Assembly (NCBI GenBank): GCA_046052125.1
Contig: JBJOMY010000003.1
Location: 32,001-96,000, forward strand
Reading direction: 5' to 3'
From: Cyanobacteriota bacterium
GTDB lineage: Bacteria; Cyanobacteriota; Cyanobacteriia; PCC-6307; Cyanobiaceae
DNA length: 64,000 nucleotides
Shown here: positions 29,275-39,623 of the stretch, piece after piece
Numbering within the stretch: position 1 is the first letter of the stretch
Layout of the letters: each line of letters starts with the position of its first letter
Notes under the pieces: generated by a model
The model's input: the letters and a program-made list of their open reading frames with translations, nothing else
Told to the model about the DNA's origin: nothing
The model's database searches: none
Position numbers and translations under genes: made by a program

Positions 29275-29796
29275 ATGGCGCAGCACTTCCGCCCAAGCAG
29301 CGCCGCTGATCCGGTGGAAGAGCTGCGCGCTGCCGCCAGCGCAGAAGACGACAACGGCCAGCCGCTGTATGAGCCCACCGACCCCGCCCGGCCGATCGGC
29401 CATGCCAACCCCCCGCGCCGCACGCGGGGCCTGGCCTTGCAGCCACCCCCTCGGCCCTCGCGTTTGGAGGTGGAGCGGCGTGTGGCAGAAGCGCAGCTCT
29501 GGATCGCCCAGCGCATTCCGCTGGCACTGATCGCCGAAAAAGCTCGTGAAAGCTGGGGGGTGAAGAACACCCAGACGATCAATCGCTACCTCAACCTGGC
29601 CCGCGAGCGGATGGTGGAGGAGCTGATCAGCGACCGGCGCCGCCACCAGGCCGAGCAGATCTTTGCCCTCAATGACTGCGCTCGGCGGGCGATGGATGCT
29701 GAGCAGTTCTCAGCTGCAGTCGGCGCCTTTCGCGTGATTGCGGAGATCGGCGGACTGCTGCGCGCACCACTCAAAGCGCCGGAGGCCAAGAGCTGA
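29275..29796 (+). CDS. probable terminase small subunit
   Basis: HTH-like WGVKNTQTINRYL plus helical C-terminus; TGATG-coupled to TerL. Confidence 0.55.
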   Translation: MAQHFRPSSAADPVEELRAAASAEDDNGQPLYEPTDPARPIGHANPPRRTRGLALQPPPRPSRLEVERRVAEAQLWIAQRIPLALIAEKARESWGVKNTQTINRYLNLARERMVEELISDRRRHQAEQIFALNDCARRAMDAEQFSAAVGAFRVIAEIGGLLRAPLKAPEAKS

Positions 29797-31418
29797 TGGC
29801 TGGGCTGTTGCTGGATCCAGCCGCTGACCGCTGGGCCGACTGGGGCCTGCTGGATGGTCCTGATTCAGACCGCCAGCCGAACGGCCCCCAGGCCCACCAG
29901 GCCTTCCGTGATTTCATCGTGGCCGCTTATCCCGGCTACGCCTTCCATAACTGGGCCGAGCGCCTGATCGCCCTGCTGCAGCGCGTGGCCGATGGCGAGC
30001 TCAACCGCCTGATCGTCTGCTGCCCACCCAGGCTGGGCAAATCGCTACTGGTCTCCAAGCTCTTCCCGGCCTACTGGGTGAGCCGCTACCCCACGCGCTT
30101 CTGCGCGATCGCCTCCTATTCGGCGGAGCTGGCCTATGCCCATAGCCGTGAGGCGCGGCACTACTACCGCGCCGTCGGTCACCCCCTCTCGAAGGACTCC
30201 ACCGCCGTTGGCAACTGGCTGACGCCCGAACGGGGCGGCTGCATCGCTGCTGGTGTGCGCGGGCCCTTCACCGGCAAGGGCTACGCGCTGGGGATCATCG
30301 ATGACCCCTACAAGGGTCCAGAAGACGCCAACTCCGCCGGGCAACGCCAGAAGCTGATCGAGTGGTTTCAGTCTGTCTGGCTCACCCGCGCTGAACCAGG
30401 GGTGAACGGCAGTGCTGGAGCCGCCCAGGTGGTGGTGCTGACCCGCTGGCACCAGGACGACCTGATCGGCTGGCTGCTGGAGCAGGAATGCGGTGATGCC
30501 CCGCAGCAGTGGCAGGTGCTGAATCTGCCGGCGATTGCTGAACCGCCCCAGCTACAGATCAAGTTCCCGGCCACCTGCACCATCGAGCCGGACTGGCGCC
30601 AGCCCGGTGAGCCGCTCTGCCCAGAGCGTTTCCCGCTGGCGGAGCTCGAGCAGATCCGCATTCGCGCCGGCAGTTACTGGTGGAACGCGCTGTACCAGCA
30701 GCGCCCCTCACCGGCAGAGGGCCTGCTGTTCCAACGCGCTTGGATCCGCTCCACAGCGGGCACCCCTGCTCCAGACGGCCGGGCGGCGCAACGGTCCTTT
30801 GCGGCGGTGGTGCTCAGTTGTGATCTGAGTTTCAAGGGGGGAGCGGAGAACGACTACTGCGGCTTCTGCCTGCTCGGCCTGCTGCCTGATCGGGAGGCCC
30901 GCCACCCGGTGGCGCAGGCCAGGGCAAGGGGTGAGCAGCTTCACCCCAGTGCCGCCCGGGTGCGCTCACCGGCCGAACCGCAGGCAGGCGTTGTCCACAG
31001 GATTGAGGTGATCTGGAGCCAGCACCACCGCCTCGACCTGCCGGGGGTGGTCAACTTCCTCGGCCAAACCCTGGCGTCGCTGGGTCAAGGCCAAAGCCCT
31101 GATGCCGTGCTGATCGAGGACGCCGCCAATGGTCCGGCCGTCTGCCAGTTGCTGCAACGCCAGATTCCTGGCCTGATTGCTGTGCGACCCACCGGCAGCA
31201 AGGTGAGCCGCGCCCATGCCGTGGCTCCGTTGCTTGAGGCCGGCCAGCTGGCCTTTCGCAGCGGCAACGAGGCCCTGGTCAGCGAGCTGCTGGGTTTTCC
31301 AAATGCAGCCCATGACGACCTTGTGGATGCCTTCTGCCAGGGCGTGATCTGGCTGCAGAGCCAGCACTGGCGCAGCCAGGGCAAGGCCACGCCACGGCCA
31401 TTGCTGTTTTCCCGCTGA
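29796..31418 (+). CDS. terL: terminase large subunit
   Basis: PPRLGKS, TGKG, IIDDPYK, TRWHQDDL, ALYQQRP, SCDLSFK, IEDAANG, HDDLVDA. Confidence 0.93.
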   Translation: MAGLLLDPAADRWADWGLLDGPDSDRQPNGPQAHQAFRDFIVAAYPGYAFHNWAERLIALLQRVADGELNRLIVCCPPRLGKSLLVSKLFPAYWVSRYPTRFCAIASYSAELAYAHSREARHYYRAVGHPLSKDSTAVGNWLTPERGGCIAAGVRGPFTGKGYALGIIDDPYKGPEDANSAGQRQKLIEWFQSVWLTRAEPGVNGSAGAAQVVVLTRWHQDDLIGWLLEQECGDAPQQWQVLNLPAIAEPPQLQIKFPATCTIEPDWRQPGEPLCPERFPLAELEQIRIRAGSYWWNALYQQRPSPAEGLLFQRAWIRSTAGTPAPDGRAAQRSFAAVVLSCDLSFKGGAENDYCGFCLLGLLPDREARHPVAQARARGEQLHPSAARVRSPAEPQAGVVHRIEVIWSQHHRLDLPGVVNFLGQTLASLGQGQSPDAVLIEDAANGPAVCQLLQRQIPGLIAVRPTGSKVSRAHAVAPLLEAGQLAFRSGNEALVSELLGFPNAAHDDLVDAFCQGVIWLQSQHWRSQGKATPRPLLFSR

Positions 31419-31436
31419 GGCGACTCCCCCCTGTTT

Positions 31437-31970
31437 TTGATGAGCACCCCACTACACGCCCGCCGCCCCAAGCCCCAGCAGGCCACTGCTCGCGTGACGA
31501 CAACAGGCCGAGCACGCGGGCCATTGCGTTCACCCCATGCCACTGCTGATGCCTTGGTGGTGGAGCACCTGCCCTTTGCCGCGAAGGTGGCGGCCAATTA
31601 CGCACGCCGCACTGGTCATCCCAAGGAAGATCTGGAGCAGCTGGCCGCGATCGGGCTGATCAAAGCCTCACGTCGCTACGACATTCACCGCCCGGGCCGC
31701 AGTCCAAACCACTTCATTGCCTACGCCAGGCCGTTCGTGAACGGCGAGATCACCCATTACCTGCGTGACAAGGGGTTCTTGATTTCCGTACCGGGCCGCT
31801 GGCGGGAGCTGCATGTGCGGGGACAAAAACTTCTCAGAGAAGGGGTTGAATCCCATGAAATCCCGCAACGGCTGGGGCTCTCGCCTGATCGCTGGGCTGA
31901 GATCCTTCAGGCCTGTTGTGTGCAGGTAGTGGCGATGGGGACTCGACAAGTGGAGGAGTCATTGGGGTGA
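31437..31970 (+). CDS. truncated SigF-like sigma factor (sigma2+sigma3, no sigma4)
   Basis: EHLPFA..EDLEQLAAIGLIKASRRYD..YARPFVNGEITHYLRD..VPGRWREL; ends without a region 4 HTH. Confidence 0.8.
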   Translation: MMSTPLHARRPKPQQATARVTTTGRARGPLRSPHATADALVVEHLPFAAKVAANYARRTGHPKEDLEQLAAIGLIKASRRYDIHRPGRSPNHFIAYARPFVNGEITHYLRDKGFLISVPGRWRELHVRGQKLLREGVESHEIPQRLGLSPDRWAEILQACCVQVVAMGTRQVEESLG

Positions 31971-32058
31971 TTATGATTTTCAGTAACTACCCAGAACAGA
32001 ATCGAGACGAGTTCTACGCAGAGATGCGCCCCATACGCTCATTCTCTGCTTCTAAATA

Positions 32059-33804
32059 TTAGGCATTAGCCTGTGATTGGTTGATGCCTTTCGATTTTAG
32101 CTTCTGAGTTGAGATTGCCTGCTCCAGGAGCGCCTTTAGCTCAGTGTGCATTGGTACCGATGGGCTTGAAATCCGCTTTAACCCCTTTAACTTAGCCGCA
32201 TCTGCCGTTCCTACATATCTGTTCTTAGCCGCCTCTTCAACTTTCGTCAAAAGCATTTTACCTTTAATGGTCGCGGCACAACTTCCGCCAAGATCTCTCC
32301 AGCGCTTGCTTGGGACGCCGACCGCTCCTTTGCTCAATCCACCAACAGCGGATTGGTACGCCGTATTGAAATCCTTCTCAGCTGCATCAGCATCGATGAG
32401 TGCAACTGCTTCGGCAAGCAAAGCAGAAGCATCCTCGCGATCAATATCAAATACATTTTCCAAATGCTGTATTGTGCAGAATCCCGCCTCTATGTCTGAT
32501 CCTGCCGGCATCCAAAAAGGAATGTTATGTACATCGTACTCCATTTTTTTGATTAATGCGTCTCTATCCGCATCAGACAAGAAGTCTCGGTCCCTGTGAA
32601 CCGCAATCGCGATGCCGAGCTCCGCTCTAGTCTTCGATAGGGCGAGGCCACGTGGCAAAGAGCCCGAGCCAAATGCTGGCCACAGCAGTACCTTCCGTGC
32701 TAGTTCGGGCCACTGAGCAAGGATGTTCTTCATGTATTGGAGGTTCCCATCTTCTGTGACGAGAAGTAGGTCCTTGTCAAGGGCTCCCCATCCCATTCGC
32801 TGTCTTACCTGATCCTCTCTTTCACTTCGGAGGGCGCCATCGCTTATCCACAGCACGTGAGAGGTGGCGCTAGAAGCCCGTACTAAGCTTGGAGAGTGCG
32901 TTGCAAGCATGAACTGAGTTTCCGGAAACGCGCTCGCAGCATCTTCAATAGCCGAGATCAGCCTCTCTTGAGTCCCGGGATGAAGGTGAGAGTCAGGTTC
33001 GTCAATAAGTAGGAGCCTCGGTCTGAAGTGAAGCAAGTAGGCAAAAATCTGAACTACCTGTAAAAAGCCAGTGCCGGCCATCTCCAGCGATCTCCACTGA
33101 AGGTCCAGCTTCTTACCAGATTCAATCATGTCATTAGTGAGGAACTTTGCGTCAATATCTACGTCCCTTAGGCGGTCGAACTTAACCCAAAAGCGCACGC
33201 CTGGAAACACCTTGCCAACCCATCTATTTAGATCAGATAATTCCTCATGTTTCTCGATGCTCTCATGTCCGGTCGCTGTGATTGCCAAACCAAGCAAGAT
33301 GTGACGAAGCACAGATCCGCCCTCACCTGAGGCAGCTCGCCGGTGAAGTACGGGGGTGGCTAGCAGCGACTCCGCTTCCGAGAGACCAGCTAACCCAGGG
33401 ATATACGCAGTCATCTGCGAGGTGGCAGTGACTGTGCTTGCGAGGGCTCCACTAACAATCGCCTTTATTCCTGCATCGTTGCGAGTTGAGTGCATATTTA
33501 TTTCTAACTGGTCAGCGCCAGATTCCAGTATCACGCGCACTTTTGGGGAGGCGGCAGCGCTATTGAGGCGAACCTTGTGAGCAAGATGCAAGAAGTCTCG
33601 ACTTGGCGCGTAATCCATACGCTCCAGAGTTACTCGATCCGCCCCGTCCTTCAAAGCCGCGCAACGCACAGCCCAATGAATTGCCCGAAGAATCGATGAC
33701 TTACCGGATCCGTTTTCGCCGACGAGAATAGTGACCGGCCCCAAGGGGATTCGCACCTCTCCATTAATTCGCATGAAGTTAGCGACAGTCACTGAGTCAA
33801 ACAT
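32059..33804 (-). CDS. ABC-type ATPase with C-terminal TOPRIM-like domain (OLD-like nuclease)
   Basis: GENGSGKS, AGTG, LLIDEPDSHLHP, ATHSP; C-terminal VTED..HRDRD..DIE; visibly lower GC. Confidence 0.8.
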   Translation of the reverse strand: MFDSVTVANFMRINGEVRIPLGPVTILVGENGSGKSSILRAIHWAVRCAALKDGADRVTLERMDYAPSRDFLHLAHKVRLNSAAASPKVRVILESGADQLEINMHSTRNDAGIKAIVSGALASTVTATSQMTAYIPGLAGLSEAESLLATPVLHRRAASGEGGSVLRHILLGLAITATGHESIEKHEELSDLNRWVGKVFPGVRFWVKFDRLRDVDIDAKFLTNDMIESGKKLDLQWRSLEMAGTGFLQVVQIFAYLLHFRPRLLLIDEPDSHLHPGTQERLISAIEDAASAFPETQFMLATHSPSLVRASSATSHVLWISDGALRSEREDQVRQRMGWGALDKDLLLVTEDGNLQYMKNILAQWPELARKVLLWPAFGSGSLPRGLALSKTRAELGIAIAVHRDRDFLSDADRDALIKKMEYDVHNIPFWMPAGSDIEAGFCTIQHLENVFDIDREDASALLAEAVALIDADAAEKDFNTAYQSAVGGLSKGAVGVPSKRWRDLGGSCAATIKGKMLLTKVEEAAKNRYVGTADAAKLKGLKRISSPSVPMHTELKALLEQAISTQKLKSKGINQSQANA

Positions 33805-34072
33805 GTCTTGCGAGCATCCTTGGTCTCAATTTGCACGCATGGAAACTGTTGTATTTCATCTGACAAGAAGATGGCGTACGTTCACGCTTTGGCGACCAAC
33901 CCAGTCTTAAACAACTCAGAAAGCCATGCTGGCGGCATGAGGGTCTGGACAGTGATCATTTCGCTCAGGGTTCCATGGGCATCGGATCGCGCTAGCAGTG
34001 CCTCCTCGGGAAGCTTCCACAAACCGTAGGCGTCATCGACGGATCCGAGAACACCGCCCTGCCACAGGTTGA

Positions 34073-35503
34073 TTGCCGCGCAGGCAAAAGCAGTTAGCGC
34101 AGCTGATCCCCGTGCCACCCGCATCCGTCGAAAATCCACTCCCCTGGCCACTCCACCCCACCCTGGCCGCACTGCTCCCTCGCCTGGATCTGATCCAGGA
34201 CTGCTGGGACCTCCTCGCTGGCCGCAAGGAGCTCTATCTCCCCCGGGGTGAACGGGAGCCAGAGAGCGCCTACCGCCGGCGGCTGGAGGCGGCCCTGCCC
34301 TCGGGGTTCTTCCGTGATGCCCTGCGCACCTTCGCGGGGATGCTGGCCTCCAGCCACTGGCGTGAGCTGCCGGCCTCGCTGCAGGCGGTAATCAGTGATG
34401 TGGATGGACGCGGTACCGACCTGGGCGTGTTCCTCGAGCGCGCCGACGTGCTGGTACTCCGTGATGGGGCAGCGCTGATCGGCGTGCTGCCGCCTGAGCA
34501 CCTCTGGCCCAGTGAGGGCGACCGCCAGCAGGCTCTGCGCCGTGGTGATCGCCTCTCCCTGCCGCGCCTTGCTCTGCTGGAGCGCCGCGACGTCCTGAAC
34601 TGGCACCTGCCTGGCCCCCAGTCCTTGCCTGACGCGGTCAGCTTCCGGCTGCCCAACCCCAAGGCCCAGGACGAGCCCCTGGACCCGGATCGACCTCAGC
34701 ATCCATGGCTCTACGGCTCCGTTGCCCTTGATGGCGAGGGCATGAGCATCGAGACCATCGAGCTGGTGGCGGACCCGCAGTCCCCATCAGGGTGGCGACC
34801 GCAACGCACGGGATTGCAGCACTACCGGGGCATCAGCCAGCTGCCGTTGATTTGGTACGCCAGTGATGGCGCTGCCTTTGGCGAGGGCGACCTACCGCAC
34901 CTGGGCCTGGCGCATCAGTACCTCAACCACTTCCGCTGCCAGAGCGACTACCAGGAGCTGCTGTATCGAACCGCGTTGCCGGTGGGTGTGCGTACAGGGG
35001 TCGTCGGCCCCATGGGCAGTGGCACTAGTGAGCCGGTGGTGCTTGGCCCGAACAGCGTGATCGATCTGCCCGACGGGGCCAGCTTCCAGTTCGTGGAAAT
35101 CCAGGCCCGCTCCCTGGCTGAGCACCGCGCTTGGCTGGAATCCCTCGACCAGGGCATGCGTCGTGACGCCCTGATCCCATCCGGCGCCCAAGGGGCTCCA
35201 CGCACCGCTACCGAGATCTCTCTGGCGGCATCCCAGGCCTATGCGCTGCTGCAGAGCCAGGCGATTCAGAAGGCCTCCATGTTTTCGTCGTTGCTGGCTC
35301 ATTGGTGCGCAATCACCGGTGAACCAGTTCCCGTGCAGCAGGGTCCGGCGTTGCTGGTGGAAATCAGCCCGCTGGCCCCCGCGCCCAAACCGCAACCCAC
35401 CGTGGCTGAAATGCTGCAGCTGCATGAGCGCGGCATCGTGAGTGAGCAGGCTCTGCGGCAATGGCTGGGGGATCTGGCCGGTGTGGCACCGGCCTCGGCT
35501 TAA
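34073..35503 (+). CDS. portal protein (DUF4055-like)
   Basis: YLPRGEREPESAYRRRL, DVDGRGTDL, LAHQYLNHF..SDY..LYRTALP, RTATE; start may be GTG 34112. Confidence 0.8.
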   Translation: MPRRQKQLAQLIPVPPASVENPLPWPLHPTLAALLPRLDLIQDCWDLLAGRKELYLPRGEREPESAYRRRLEAALPSGFFRDALRTFAGMLASSHWRELPASLQAVISDVDGRGTDLGVFLERADVLVLRDGAALIGVLPPEHLWPSEGDRQQALRRGDRLSLPRLALLERRDVLNWHLPGPQSLPDAVSFRLPNPKAQDEPLDPDRPQHPWLYGSVALDGEGMSIETIELVADPQSPSGWRPQRTGLQHYRGISQLPLIWYASDGAAFGEGDLPHLGLAHQYLNHFRCQSDYQELLYRTALPVGVRTGVVGPMGSGTSEPVVLGPNSVIDLPDGASFQFVEIQARSLAEHRAWLESLDQGMRRDALIPSGAQGAPRTATEISLAASQAYALLQSQAIQKASMFSSLLAHWCAITGEPVPVQQGPALLVEISPLAPAPKPQPTVAEMLQLHERGIVSEQALRQWLGDLAGVAPASA

Positions 35504-36366
35504 GCCTGCTGCGCCCGCTTCTCAGGGAAAGCTGCGGTTGGGCACCAGATCGCTGCACTGGCGTCGCCCAGCGCCCAGGTCCGGCCCTGGAGGTGCTCGA
35601 TCGCAACCCAGGCACAGACCAGGGCATCGAGACAGTCCTCCAGCGGCTTGAGCGCAGAGAGAGATTGGACCTCGGTGGACTGGGGCAAGGGCAGGTTGAT
35701 GTCCTGGATCTGCTGAGCAAGCCCATCACGAATCCGCCCGAACTCCTCCAGCAACCGGCCGATCCGCTCGTTCACAGACAGCTGCTCGTTTCGCCAGTAC
35801 TGCAGCGAGCGGCTGACCTTGTACGGCACTCGGTACTTGCTCTCTAACAAGGCCAGCAGGGCGACATGGGGGTACACCTCGATTAGCCCGCCGGGACCGG
35901 GTTCTGCAGCCACCGTCTGCAGGCCATAGCCGCAGACCTCCAAGTCTTGGCGAATGCTGTCGGCGATGGCGCCTGGCCGCTGCAGTGTTGGGCTGTGCAC
36001 AGCGCAGCCCCGGTTGCCAAAGATCCGCGAGACCGCGCGGTCTGCCTGCCGGCGATGACCGATTGGCTCTTTGGAGAGCGGCATATCGAATGCGATCAAA
36101 TCGATGCGACCATCCGACAGCCGTTCAGCTGCACGCAGCAGGGCCGACATCTGGGGCTTGCTGCCCTGAGCTCGTGCTGACCAGTCGACAGCAATGCCAT
36201 CGGCCAGTGCCATGAAGCTGGCATAGCTGGGTGCAAGAGCGACACACCTCCAGCTCTCGCCTTGGCGTCGCACCAGCGCGATGCCACTGGGTTGATGGGC
36301 CGTCCAGGCCGCATCAATCCCCAGCACCAGCTCTCCGGCAACAGGAGTTGGTCTTGGGCTCGTCAC
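35500..36366 (-). CDS. DUF429 RNase H-like nuclease
   Basis: LGIDAAW, IAFDMPL, LIEVYPH, DCLDALVCAW; GTG start inferred. Confidence 0.85.
   Translation of the reverse strand: MTSPRPTPVAGELVLGIDAAWTAHQPSGIALVRRQGESWRCVALAPSYASFMALADGIAVDWSARAQGSKPQMSALLRAAERLSDGRIDLIAFDMPLSKEPIGHRRQADRAVSRIFGNRGCAVHSPTLQRPGAIADSIRQDLEVCGYGLQTVAAEPGPGGLIEVYPHVALLALLESKYRVPYKVSRSLQYWRNEQLSVNERIGRLLEEFGRIRDGLAQQIQDINLPLPQSTEVQSLSALKPLEDCLDALVCAWVAIEHLQGRTWALGDASAAIWCPTAAFPEKRAQQA
36336..36344 (+). promoter_or_regulatory. candidate late promoter CGGCAACAG
   Basis: 26 nt before GTG 36371; overlaps the 5' end of the antisense DUF429 gene. Confidence 0.4.
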
Positions 36367-36370
36367 TGCT

Positions 36371-36883
36371 GTGCCTGCATCACCAACCCCCGCCGCAATC
36401 TGGCAACCCGGCGACCAGGAGGCCATCCGCCAGTGCCTGGCGCTGCCCGCCACCGTTCCCTGCCTGGATGCCATCGGTCGAGCAATGGCGGATCTGCTGC
36501 GCCAGCACCCGGCCGGGGTGTTGAGCGCCCGAGCGCTTCTGGATGCGGTGGCCCTGATTGATCAGCAGCTGCTGGCCGGCGGCTGCGAGCAGGAGCAGCC
36601 GATTCAGAAGCGCAGCCACTCGGGACCGATCGCCGGCTCGGTGGCCGCAGCTGGAGATGCGCCCCTGCAAAAAGCAGACGTGATCGCCTACGACACAGCG
36701 CTGCTGCGCGAAGAAAGCGAGACCACTTACGCCAGCCCCAGTTCGCCCGCGATGGCCCTGCTGCGCCAGCGGCGCCGCTACGCCGAGCAGCTGCTGTTGC
36801 TCCTGCCTGCGCTCAACAGCTGGATGCAGTTCACCGCCGAGGCCGCAGGGCTGCTGGGAACCACGCCGATGCTGCGGGGTTGA
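36371..36883 (+). CDS. hypothetical virion protein (head-closure/adaptor candidate)
   Basis: Helical protein between portal and scaffold; position-based. Confidence 0.55.
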   Translation: MPASPTPAAIWQPGDQEAIRQCLALPATVPCLDAIGRAMADLLRQHPAGVLSARALLDAVALIDQQLLAGGCEQEQPIQKRSHSGPIAGSVAAAGDAPLQKADVIAYDTALLREESETTYASPSSPAMALLRQRRRYAEQLLLLLPALNSWMQFTAEAAGLLGTTPMLRG

Positions 36884-36886
36884 GCG

Positions 36887-37453
36887 ATGACCACAAGCCC
36901 CAGACGGTTCACCAGCGGCCAACATCCGCGCGCAGCCGGGTCTTGGCCCGCCACGCCATTGCAGTCGTTTGCCAATGCACGCCTGCTTCTTGCGGAGAAC
37001 GCCATCCCAGGGGACACCACCTCAGCGGTGGTGGCGTCGCATGTGCTCGAGTGCTTCTTGAGCCGGCAGCGCTACATCTCGGCCAAGGAGAACGGACCTG
37101 GGGTCGACACCGGCGACTTCACCTACAGCGGCACTATCTGCCGGGCTACCCGCCTGCCGCCTCACCCGGGCGCCATCTGGCTGAGCAGCACCTTGAGCTG
37201 GCAGCAGAACGGCCGCCGCGTTGCCAGCGGTGCCAGCACCGTGGTGGCCCCCTGCGAGGGGCTGATCTGGCTGGGCAATCTCAGCCTGCTCAACCCTTCG
37301 GGCGCAGCTGATGTGGATCCCTACGCCCAGCACACGGCCTTCGTGGTGCTGGAGTTTGGCGCCGACTACGGCTCTGGGGGCATCGGCGCCCTGGTGCAGC
37401 CGTTGATTGGTGAGCGGGTGTTCGGGACGCTCAAGCCGAATCGACTCATCTGA
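36887..37453 (+). CDS. hypothetical virion protein (beta-rich, stopper-like candidate)
   Basis: Co-oriented 3 nt after the previous gene; position-based. Confidence 0.55.
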   Translation: MTTSPRRFTSGQHPRAAGSWPATPLQSFANARLLLAENAIPGDTTSAVVASHVLECFLSRQRYISAKENGPGVDTGDFTYSGTICRATRLPPHPGAIWLSSTLSWQQNGRRVASGASTVVAPCEGLIWLGNLSLLNPSGAADVDPYAQHTAFVVLEFGADYGSGGIGALVQPLIGERVFGTLKPNRLI

Positions 37454-37462
37454 TTTCTGCCT

Positions 37463-37471
37463 CGGCAACAG
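37463..37471 (+). promoter_or_regulatory. candidate late promoter CGGCAACAG
   Basis: Intergenic, upstream of the scaffold gene. Confidence 0.5.
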
Positions 37472-37523
37472 GGGATGGCAGCGCCGCGATGGGCTGCCGA
37501 TCCACTGACAGCCGAGACGGGTC

Positions 37524-38384
37524 ATGGCCACTGCTTCCGCAACCCCCAGCACCAGCACCACCCGCAGCGGAGGTGATGGCCACGAACTCCTGGATCTCCA
37601 GGGCTCTGAGACCAGCGAGCAGGACAGCACTCAGGGCGACCACAGCACTGGCCCGGATCCTGCACCCACCGCCAATGAACCCACCCAGGGATCTGGAGGT
37701 GATGGCCTCAGCGAGGCCCTCAAGGCCGAGCGCCGCCGCAGTAACAACCTCGAAAAAGAACTGCGCGGGCTGCGGCAACAGCTGACTCGTTTCTCGGAGA
37801 TCAACCCCGAGGAGTACGCCCGTCTGCAGGAGGCCGAACGCCAAAAGCAGCACCTCGAGCAGCAGCTGGAGCTGCGGGAACGCCAGATGGAGGAGGCCGC
37901 CGCCAAGCGGGTGGCAGCCGTCAGTGCAGAGCGCGACGCCGCCCATGAGCGGGTGCAGGAGCTACGCAAGGAGCGGCTGCTGGAGCGGGCTTTCTCAGAA
38001 GCGGAAGGGCGCACCGGCGGCGATGGGCGCGGCACCTTCTTTCAGGTGTTTCGCTCGATGCTCTGGGACTGCTTCCGGCTGGGCAGCAGCAAGGACGGCG
38101 GCGATGTGCTCGAACCCCTCGACGGCCATGGCCAGCCACTGCTCGGTGACGACGGCCGGCCGATGACCACAGCCGACTACCTCGATCAGCTGCGCATCCA
38201 CCCCGTGTATGGCTTTCTGTTCCAGCAGCGCGGCGCCATGGGTACCGGTGCCATGCCCGCGGGCACTACAGCCGGCAGCCTCGGCGCCAGCGGTTTTGGG
38301 GAGGTGATCAATCCACAGGCGATGAGCGCCAGCGAGCTCTACCGGGCTGGCTTTGTCAGCAATGGCCGCATGGCCCGGCACTGA
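37524..38384 (+). CDS. capsid scaffolding protein
   Basis: Disordered acidic N-terminus, ALKAER coiled coil, INPEEY, FLF..G.G linker, terminal MSASELYRAG helix. Confidence 0.7.
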   Translation: MATASATPSTSTTRSGGDGHELLDLQGSETSEQDSTQGDHSTGPDPAPTANEPTQGSGGDGLSEALKAERRRSNNLEKELRGLRQQLTRFSEINPEEYARLQEAERQKQHLEQQLELRERQMEEAAAKRVAAVSAERDAAHERVQELRKERLLERAFSEAEGRTGGDGRGTFFQVFRSMLWDCFRLGSSKDGGDVLEPLDGHGQPLLGDDGRPMTTADYLDQLRIHPVYGFLFQQRGAMGTGAMPAGTTAGSLGASGFGEVINPQAMSASELYRAGFVSNGRMARH

Positions 38385-38442
38385 ACGCTTCTGCCAGCCG
38401 TTCCTACGGTGACATCACCAAGGGGGATTCCCCAGACAGCAA

Positions 38443-39330
38443 GTGATGGCCAGGCAAGAACAGCGGTTGGCGGCCAACGTTCCTGGGCCCTTCTATGTCG
38501 ACGGCAGCTGCATCGACTGCGGCACCTGCTGGCAGTTCGATCCGCTGCACTACGCCCCGACCGGCAGCAGTTCGCGGGTGCAGCGCCAACCGGATGGCGC
38601 TGCCGAACTGCGGCAGGCACTGCTGGCCCTGCAGGCCTGCCCGGTGGCTGCGATCGGCACCAGCCGTGAACTGCTGGCTCAGATGCCCATGGATGGCTTT
38701 CCGGTTCTGATCACGCGCCATGCGGCTGGGGACGTCTACTACTGCGGTTGGGCATCACGGCGCAGCTTTGGTGCCAGCAGCTGGTTGGTGGTGCGCCCTG
38801 ACGGCAACGTGCTGATCGATGTGCCGCGCTGGAGTGCACCCCTCGCCCGGCGCATCAAGGATTTGGGCGGTCTGCGGCGCATCGTGCTGACGCACCGCGA
38901 TGACGTGGCCGATCAGGCGCACTGGTCCCGGGCATTCGGAGCCGAACGCTGGATCCACGCGGCCGACGCCGATGCCGCCCCCCAGGCCGAGCATCAGCTG
39001 AGCGGCAGCGATGCCCTGCACCTGGATGTGGACCTGCAGTTGATCCCCACTCCTGGTCACACAGCTGGCTCGATGGTGGCGGTGCTGGGAGGGCGCGAAC
39101 AGGTGCTGTTCAGCGGCGATCACCTTTGGTGGAACCCGGCGCATCAAGCGGTCGTGGCTTCCAAGGCCTACTGCTGGTGGAACTGGAGTGCGCAGCTGCG
39201 CTCCGTCGAGCGGCTGCTGGATCTCGATGTGGCCTGGCTGCTGCCTGGTCATGGCCATCAGCATCAGTTCACGCCCGGCCAGTGGCGAGTTGCCTTGGAG
39301 CAGACGCTGGCGTACGCCACGGCGCCGTGA
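38443..39330 (+). CDS. ferredoxin + metallo-beta-lactamase fold hydrolase
   Basis: CIDCGTC..ACPV, LTHRDDVAD, TPGHTAGS, FSGDH, LPGHG. Confidence 0.9.
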   Translation: MMARQEQRLAANVPGPFYVDGSCIDCGTCWQFDPLHYAPTGSSSRVQRQPDGAAELRQALLALQACPVAAIGTSRELLAQMPMDGFPVLITRHAAGDVYYCGWASRRSFGASSWLVVRPDGNVLIDVPRWSAPLARRIKDLGGLRRIVLTHRDDVADQAHWSRAFGAERWIHAADADAAPQAEHQLSGSDALHLDVDLQLIPTPGHTAGSMVAVLGGREQVLFSGDHLWWNPAHQAVVASKAYCWWNWSAQLRSVERLLDLDVAWLLPGHGHQHQFTPGQWRVALEQTLAYATAP

Positions 39331-39377
39331 AGAGCAAGCAAAAAGGCCCGGCAAGGCCGGGCCAGGAGGCCGCCGCC

Positions 39378-39593
39378 TCAGAGCACCGAGACGGTGCCGA
39401 GGCGCTTGGCGGCCAGCTTGCGGGCCAGCTGATGGGCCAGCTCAGCTGGAATGAAACGCGGCTTCTTCACGGGCTTGCCGCGGCGGCCATAGAAGACCGT
39501 GACGCGCTCGGCAGCGGCGACCTTGAGCCCAGCCGGATAGCTGTGCAGCACCAGCTGACGGATCGGACAGGCCAGAGGAGCAGAGGAGGCCAT
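39378..39593 (-). CDS. small basic hypothetical protein
   Basis: MASSAPLACPIRQLVLHSYP..VFYGRRGKPVKKPRFIP. Confidence 0.65.
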   Translation of the reverse strand: MASSAPLACPIRQLVLHSYPAGLKVAAAERVTVFYGRRGKPVKKPRFIPAELAHQLARKLAAKRLGTVSVL

Positions 39594-39623
39594 GGGACGG
39601 AGGCGAGGAACACCTGTCCCATC

